This document shows, piece by piece, positions 59,880 through 64,000 of a DNA stretch of 64,000 bases; the first letter of the stretch is position 1; each line of letters begins with the position of its first letter. The notes beneath the pieces are model-generated. The model did not search any database and was not told where the DNA came from. It saw only the letters and a program-made list of their open reading frames with translations. Made by a program: the position numbers and the translations under genes. Where the stretch lies: assembly GCA_040879765.1 (NCBI GenBank), contig JBBDJQ010000001.1, forward strand, positions 348,023-412,022, given 5' to 3'. The DNA is from Candidatus Pacearchaeota archaeon. GTDB lineage: Archaea; Nanobdellota; Nanobdellia; Pacearchaeales; GW2011-AR1.

Positions 59880-62800
59880 ATGAGAAATAAGAATATTAAT
59901 AATAAAAGAGAAATTGGTGGCTTTAGGGATTCAGCTTTTTCGTTTATTTTTTATTTGATGATTTTTGCTGTGCTAATGATTCCTCCAATAGATGCTCAAA
60001 GTTTTATTGTTCATAATCAAAGTAATGAGTCTCAAAACTACTTTACTGTTAATGGGAGCACTGGCGATACAGAAGTCTTAGAAGATTTGCAGGTTGATGG
60101 AGATGTAACAACAGATGGGAATGTAACTGCTTCTTGGTTTAGGGGGGCATTCAATTGGATTGTTGGAGTTCCATCACAGATTTATTTAACATTTAATGGA
60201 ACTCAACTGGATTTTGATGAGGGCCAACTAAACACAACAATTGACTCAAGAATTTCTGAAGGGCAGGGAGATTTGCATGTAAATATGTCTGACTGGTGGA
60301 ATACAGGAGATAGAGGTACTTTAAGAAACATCTCACAAATCCAAGGTTCTTGGATTACAAATGATTTAGCATGGATAAACTTTACAGACGGAGATGGACG
60401 TTATGTTCTTTTGACAGAAGAATCTAATTTAAATGTGAATAGAAGTGAATGGTGGAGAACTGCTGAAGGAGATTTGAATAATGTTGAAGACATCCTTGGT
60501 TCTTGGCTGACAAATGATTTGGCATGGATAAACTTTACTGAGGGAGATGGAAGATATCTTCTGATTACAGATGAATCCAATTTAAATGTGAATAGTTCTG
60601 ATTTTTGGAGGACTAATGAAGGGATAAAGGAGAATGTTGAAGATATTCTTGGAAGTGAGATAACTAATAATCTAGCATGGATAAATTTTACTCAGGCAGA
60701 CCCAAGATATGTCAATGTTGATGGAGATACTATGACTGGGGATTTGGTTATTGATGCGGATCTAACAGTTGGAACAAATCTTTTATTTGCAAACAGCTCA
60801 GGAAGTCTTGTTGGAATAGGAACAGTAACTCCACAAAACAAGTTAAATGTTGTTGGAGATATAAATGCAACAGAAACAGTTTATGCAGGAGAGTTTTCAG
60901 GAGCAATAAACTGGACTTTCTTACAAAACTATCCTAATGGTTGTCCTGCAGGTCAGGCAGTTCAGGTGATTGGAGATACTTTAACATGTATTGATATAAA
61001 TCCTGTGAATGTTACAAACGGAACTGGGACTGTAGATCAGATTCCAAGATGGATAACAGAGACGACGTTAGGAAATTCAATAATAAAACAGAGCGGAACT
61101 ACAATTGTTGTTGAAGGAGATCTTAATGTTACGGATTTTGTTGCTGCTGGAGATGTAATCGTTCTTGGAAGAGTTAATATTAGCCAGGATTTGCAGGTTG
61201 ATGGAGATGTAACAACAGATGGGAATGTAACTGCTTCTTGGTTTAGGGGGGCATTCAATTGGATTGTTGGAGTTCCATCACAGATTTATTTAACATTTAA
61301 TGGAACTCAACTGGATTTTGATGAGGGCCAACTAAACACAACAATTGACTCAAGAATTTCTGAAGGGCAGGGAGATTTGCATGTAAATATGTCTGATTAT
61401 TGGAACACCGCGGATAGAGGGGCTTTGAGAAATGTTTCGCAAATTCTTGGAAGTTGGATTACAAATGATTTGAGTTGGATAAATTTCACTCAGGCTGATC
61501 CTAGGTATGTGGAAATTACAGGAGATACAATGACTGGGAATTTAGATATTAATGCGAATTTAACTGTAGGAACAAGTGTTTTATTTGTTGATTCTAATGG
61601 AAATGTTGTTGGTATCGGGACTGCAACACCTCAAAATACACTGAATGTCGTTGGTGATGCAAACATTACGGATAATTTGTATGGAGGAATTATTTTTGAG
61701 GACGGGGTTTCATTGATTGACAAGTATGTTCAGTTGACAAGGACTTTAGAGTTTTCGGGAACTTCTAATCAGATTTCAGTAACCCCAACAGGTCCACAGG
61801 ATTTGTCTGATAACAGAACATGGACATTCTCACTTCCTCAAGACATAAATACAACAAGTAGTCCTGAATTTGTGGGATTAAATGTTACTGGAAATGCAAG
61901 TGTTGGAAACAGATTGGATATTGGGGGGGAGTGGTCTGATGGAGGAGTTTCAATTGTTGATGGAGAAGTTTTTGCACAGACGCTTTTTGTTTACAACATT
62001 ACAAGCCTCAATGTTAACACTTTGAATATAAACGGATCTCTTCTTCCCGCAGAAGGATTTTCTGAAACATTTGATATTGGAGCAGACAGTAGGAGATGGA
62101 GAGATTTATTTGTTAGTAGAAATGCAGATGTTGGAGGAAATTTGAATGTTGATGGCGATGCAAATATAACTGGAACTCTCTACTATGGAACTCTTGATGG
62201 TGAAGCAAACCTCAATGTAAACAGCTCTGATTTCTGGGATGGGTTGGATACTCCGGCAGACATTAATGCAGGAGACTTGACAGATGACAACACATATTTG
62301 GAAGTAGCTGGTGATACAGGAACAGGTAATTTTGTTTTTAATCAGAATCTTACAGTTGATACTAACACGTTGTTTGTTGATTCAAGCTCAAATAAAGTTG
62401 GAATCGGGACGGCGAGTCCGGCATATAATTTAGATGTTGCAGGCACAGGACGATTTTCAGGAGATGTAAGATTAGATGCAGGAAAGAATCTCAAATTTTA
62501 TGACCATGATGCAACTTTTCCAACAGCAACAGGGGGTTTTATTTGGGATTTGAATAATGACAATGCAAAGATTTATGCACAACAACCAGCAAGCGACCAG
62601 ATTGATTTTGTGTTCAAAATTGCAGATAACGTCGGTACGACAGATAGATTTGTATATTGGATTGATAGTTATACTGGAGAAACTGATGACGCTTACCCTC
62701 TTTATATGGATGGAACAAAAGCAGTATTTAACTACCCAACAGTTTTTGGAACAGGGGCATCAAAAAATATAGATTTTTATTTAATGGGATTTAATAAAAG

Positions 62801-64000
62801 TTCCTTATCTGATACATATTTTTTTGGTGATGCATCAACAGGAAACGTCGGTATTGGGACGACGGCGCCACAAACAAAACTGCATGTAGCAGGAAACGCA
62901 ATCTTCAACGGGACGATAAACACTGATTCAAATAAAATAATAAACATTGCAAACGGAACCTCAAGTCAGGATGCCGTGGCGCTTTCACAACTTCAGACGG
63001 TTAATACCTCCGCAAATTTCCCAAGAGGAGACATTGTTCAGGGGACTGGATTGAGTTTATCAGGGACTTTAACAGAAAGGCTTGTTGATTCCGGAAGTGT
63101 TACATTCAATCTGGCAAACACTGCAGTAACTCCAGGAACTTATGGAGGAAATATTCAGGTAGGAACTTTCACAGTTGACCAGCAGGGAAGACTAACTTCA
63201 GCATCAAATGTTACAATAAGAGATGCTTCGGCGTCTGTGAGCGGAGTTGTCTCAACAGGAACTCAAACCTTTGCAGGAGCTAAGACATTTAATAATAACT
63301 TAGTTGCAGGTCAGAATCTTACAGTTGATACTAACACGTTGTTTGTTGATTCAAGCTCAAATAAAGTTGGCATCGGGACGGCGAGTCCTAACACATTATT
63401 AACAGTTGGAACGACGGGGTCAAATACTGATTTTGGCGCAATTGCTTCTTTCTATAGTTCAAGCTCCAACAATAATACTGTTAAAATATTAGCCCCAGCT
63501 AATCAAGCAGGAAGCGGTCCTCACTTACACTTAATGGAGAATAATCCAAATCTCTATGGTTATGATTTATGGTATGATACGGGAGCAGATACTCTTGAGT
63601 TAGACCGTTATCAAAACAGCGTTAAAACTCATGTTTTAACTGTTCAGCCAGACGGCGATGTGGGGATAGGAACAACGACACCCCAAAATCCTTTAAATGT
63701 AATAGGCGACATTAATGCTACAGGAACAGTTTATTCCGGAGGAAGTGCTGTTTTGACTTCATTCACTGAATCGGATCCTATATGGTCTGCTAACTATTCT
63801 TCAAGAACAGGAACAGGAAATGTTGTTTATTCAAACTCTCCAACTATAACATCTCCTACGATTTCAACTTCAATAAACCTGCCTTCAGGTGCTGTAGATG
63901 CTGCCGGGGAAATTTCAGATGACATTATAACAAATGCTCATTTTACTCATTCAACAGACTGGGGAGATGTTTCCACTGATGCTTCGGGAAATGTTCAGAT
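59880..64000 (+). CDS. Giant secreted repetitive surface protein (more than 1370 aa, runs off the window); candidate adhesin / fibre-like protein
   Basis: Open reading frame from the ATG at 59880 to the window end with no stop. Missing from the ORF track because it has no stop codon. Signal peptide present. N-x-S/T sequons are extremely dense. VGIGT..P...L.V.G repeats and WINFT repeats recur. Perfect internal DNA repeats are present. Confidence 0.65.
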   Translation, partial: MRNKNINNKREIGGFRDSAFSFIFYLMIFAVLMIPPIDAQSFIVHNQSNESQNYFTVNGSTGDTEVLEDLQVDGDVTTDGNVTASWFRGAFNWIVGVPSQIYLTFNGTQLDFDEGQLNTTIDSRISEGQGDLHVNMSDWWNTGDRGTLRNISQIQGSWITNDLAWINFTDGDGRYVLLTEESNLNVNRSEWWRTAEGDLNNVEDILGSWLTNDLAWINFTEGDGRYLLITDESNLNVNSSDFWRTNEGIKENVEDILGSEITNNLAWINFTQADPRYVNVDGDTMTGDLVIDADLTVGTNLLFANSSGSLVGIGTVTPQNKLNVVGDINATETVYAGEFSGAINWTFLQNYPNGCPAGQAVQVIGDTLTCIDINPVNVTNGTGTVDQIPRWITETTLGNSIIKQSGTTIVVEGDLNVTDFVAAGDVIVLGRVNISQDLQVDGDVTTDGNVTASWFRGAFNWIVGVPSQIYLTFNGTQLDFDEGQLNTTIDSRISEGQGDLHVNMSDYWNTADRGALRNVSQILGSWITNDLSWINFTQADPRYVEITGDTMTGNLDINANLTVGTSVLFVDSNGNVVGIGTATPQNTLNVVGDANITDNLYGGIIFEDGVSLIDKYVQLTRTLEFSGTSNQISVTPTGPQDLSDNRTWTFSLPQDINTTSSPEFVGLNVTGNASVGNRLDIGGEWSDGGVSIVDGEVFAQTLFVYNITSLNVNTLNINGSLLPAEGFSETFDIGADSRRWRDLFVSRNADVGGNLNVDGDANITGTLYYGTLDGEANLNVNSSDFWDGLDTPADINAGDLTDDNTYLEVAGDTGTGNFVFNQNLTVDTNTLFVDSSSNKVGIGTASPAYNLDVAGTGRFSGDVRLDAGKNLKFYDHDATFPTATGGFIWDLNNDNAKIYAQQPASDQIDFVFKIADNVGTTDRFVYWIDSYTGETDDAYPLYMDGTKAVFNYPTVFGTGASKNIDFYLMGFNKSSLSDTYFFGDASTGNVGIGTTAPQTKLHVAGNAIFNGTINTDSNKIINIANGTSSQDAVALSQLQTVNTSANFPRGDIVQGTGLSLSGTLTERLVDSGSVTFNLANTAVTPGTYGGNIQVGTFTVDQQGRLTSASNVTIRDASASVSGVVSTGTQTFAGAKTFNNNLVAGQNLTVDTNTLFVDSSSNKVGIGTASPNTLLTVGTTGSNTDFGAIASFYSSSSNNNTVKILAPANQAGSGPHLHLMENNPNLYGYDLWYDTGADTLELDRYQNSVKTHVLTVQPDGDVGIGTTTPQNPLNVIGDINATGTVYSGGSAVLTSFTESDPIWSANYSSRTGTGNVVYSNSPTITSPTISTSINLPSGAVDAAGEISDDIITNAHFTHSTDWGDVSTDASGNVQ

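Overview
The window looks like an AT-rich archaeal chromosome segment, probably from a DPANN-type lineage. Supporting genes are gyrB/gyrA, RNase HII, aIF2-gamma, aIF5B, Kae1, diphthine synthase, archaeal DtdA, ribosomal proteins S7/S12/S6e/L7Ae/S28e/L24e, IleRS and ArgRS. Three of the five tRNAs carry introns, including a tRNA-Ile with a UAU anticodon. The most unusual part is the left quarter (110-15360). Six structurally conserved GC-rich hairpin elements of 80-130 nt delimit one- to few-gene units. Each has a TAAC 5' end, a GTT 3' end, an asymmetric internal loop, and arms that differ between copies but stay complementary within each copy. The architecture resembles an integron cassette array or a cluster of attC sites lacking an integrase. 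One unit is a complete, translationally coupled type I R-M operon (RHH-hsdM-unknown 548 aa-hsdS-hsdR-M48 peptidase) with an uncharacterised gene embedded between hsdM and hsdS. Other repeated modules (A/T palindromes, a 'gccttcggcatcgttgcactaaaa' module and a 'cgtccttcggacatatagtct' module) are interleaved in the same intergenic regions. The right end (58460 to the window edge) encodes two secreted, sequon-rich repetitive surface proteins with tail-fibre-like motifs and perfect intragenic DNA repeats. These are plausible host-attachment adhesins of an episymbiont. Other notable items are two probable frameshifts, a degenerate HIGH motif in IleRS, a standalone Cas4-like nuclease, three tandem zinc-ribbon micro-ORFs between gyrB and gyrA, a C2H2/DUF3105-DsbA cluster, and a Fic/RHH/tRNA islet. 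No CRISPR array or rRNA was seen.
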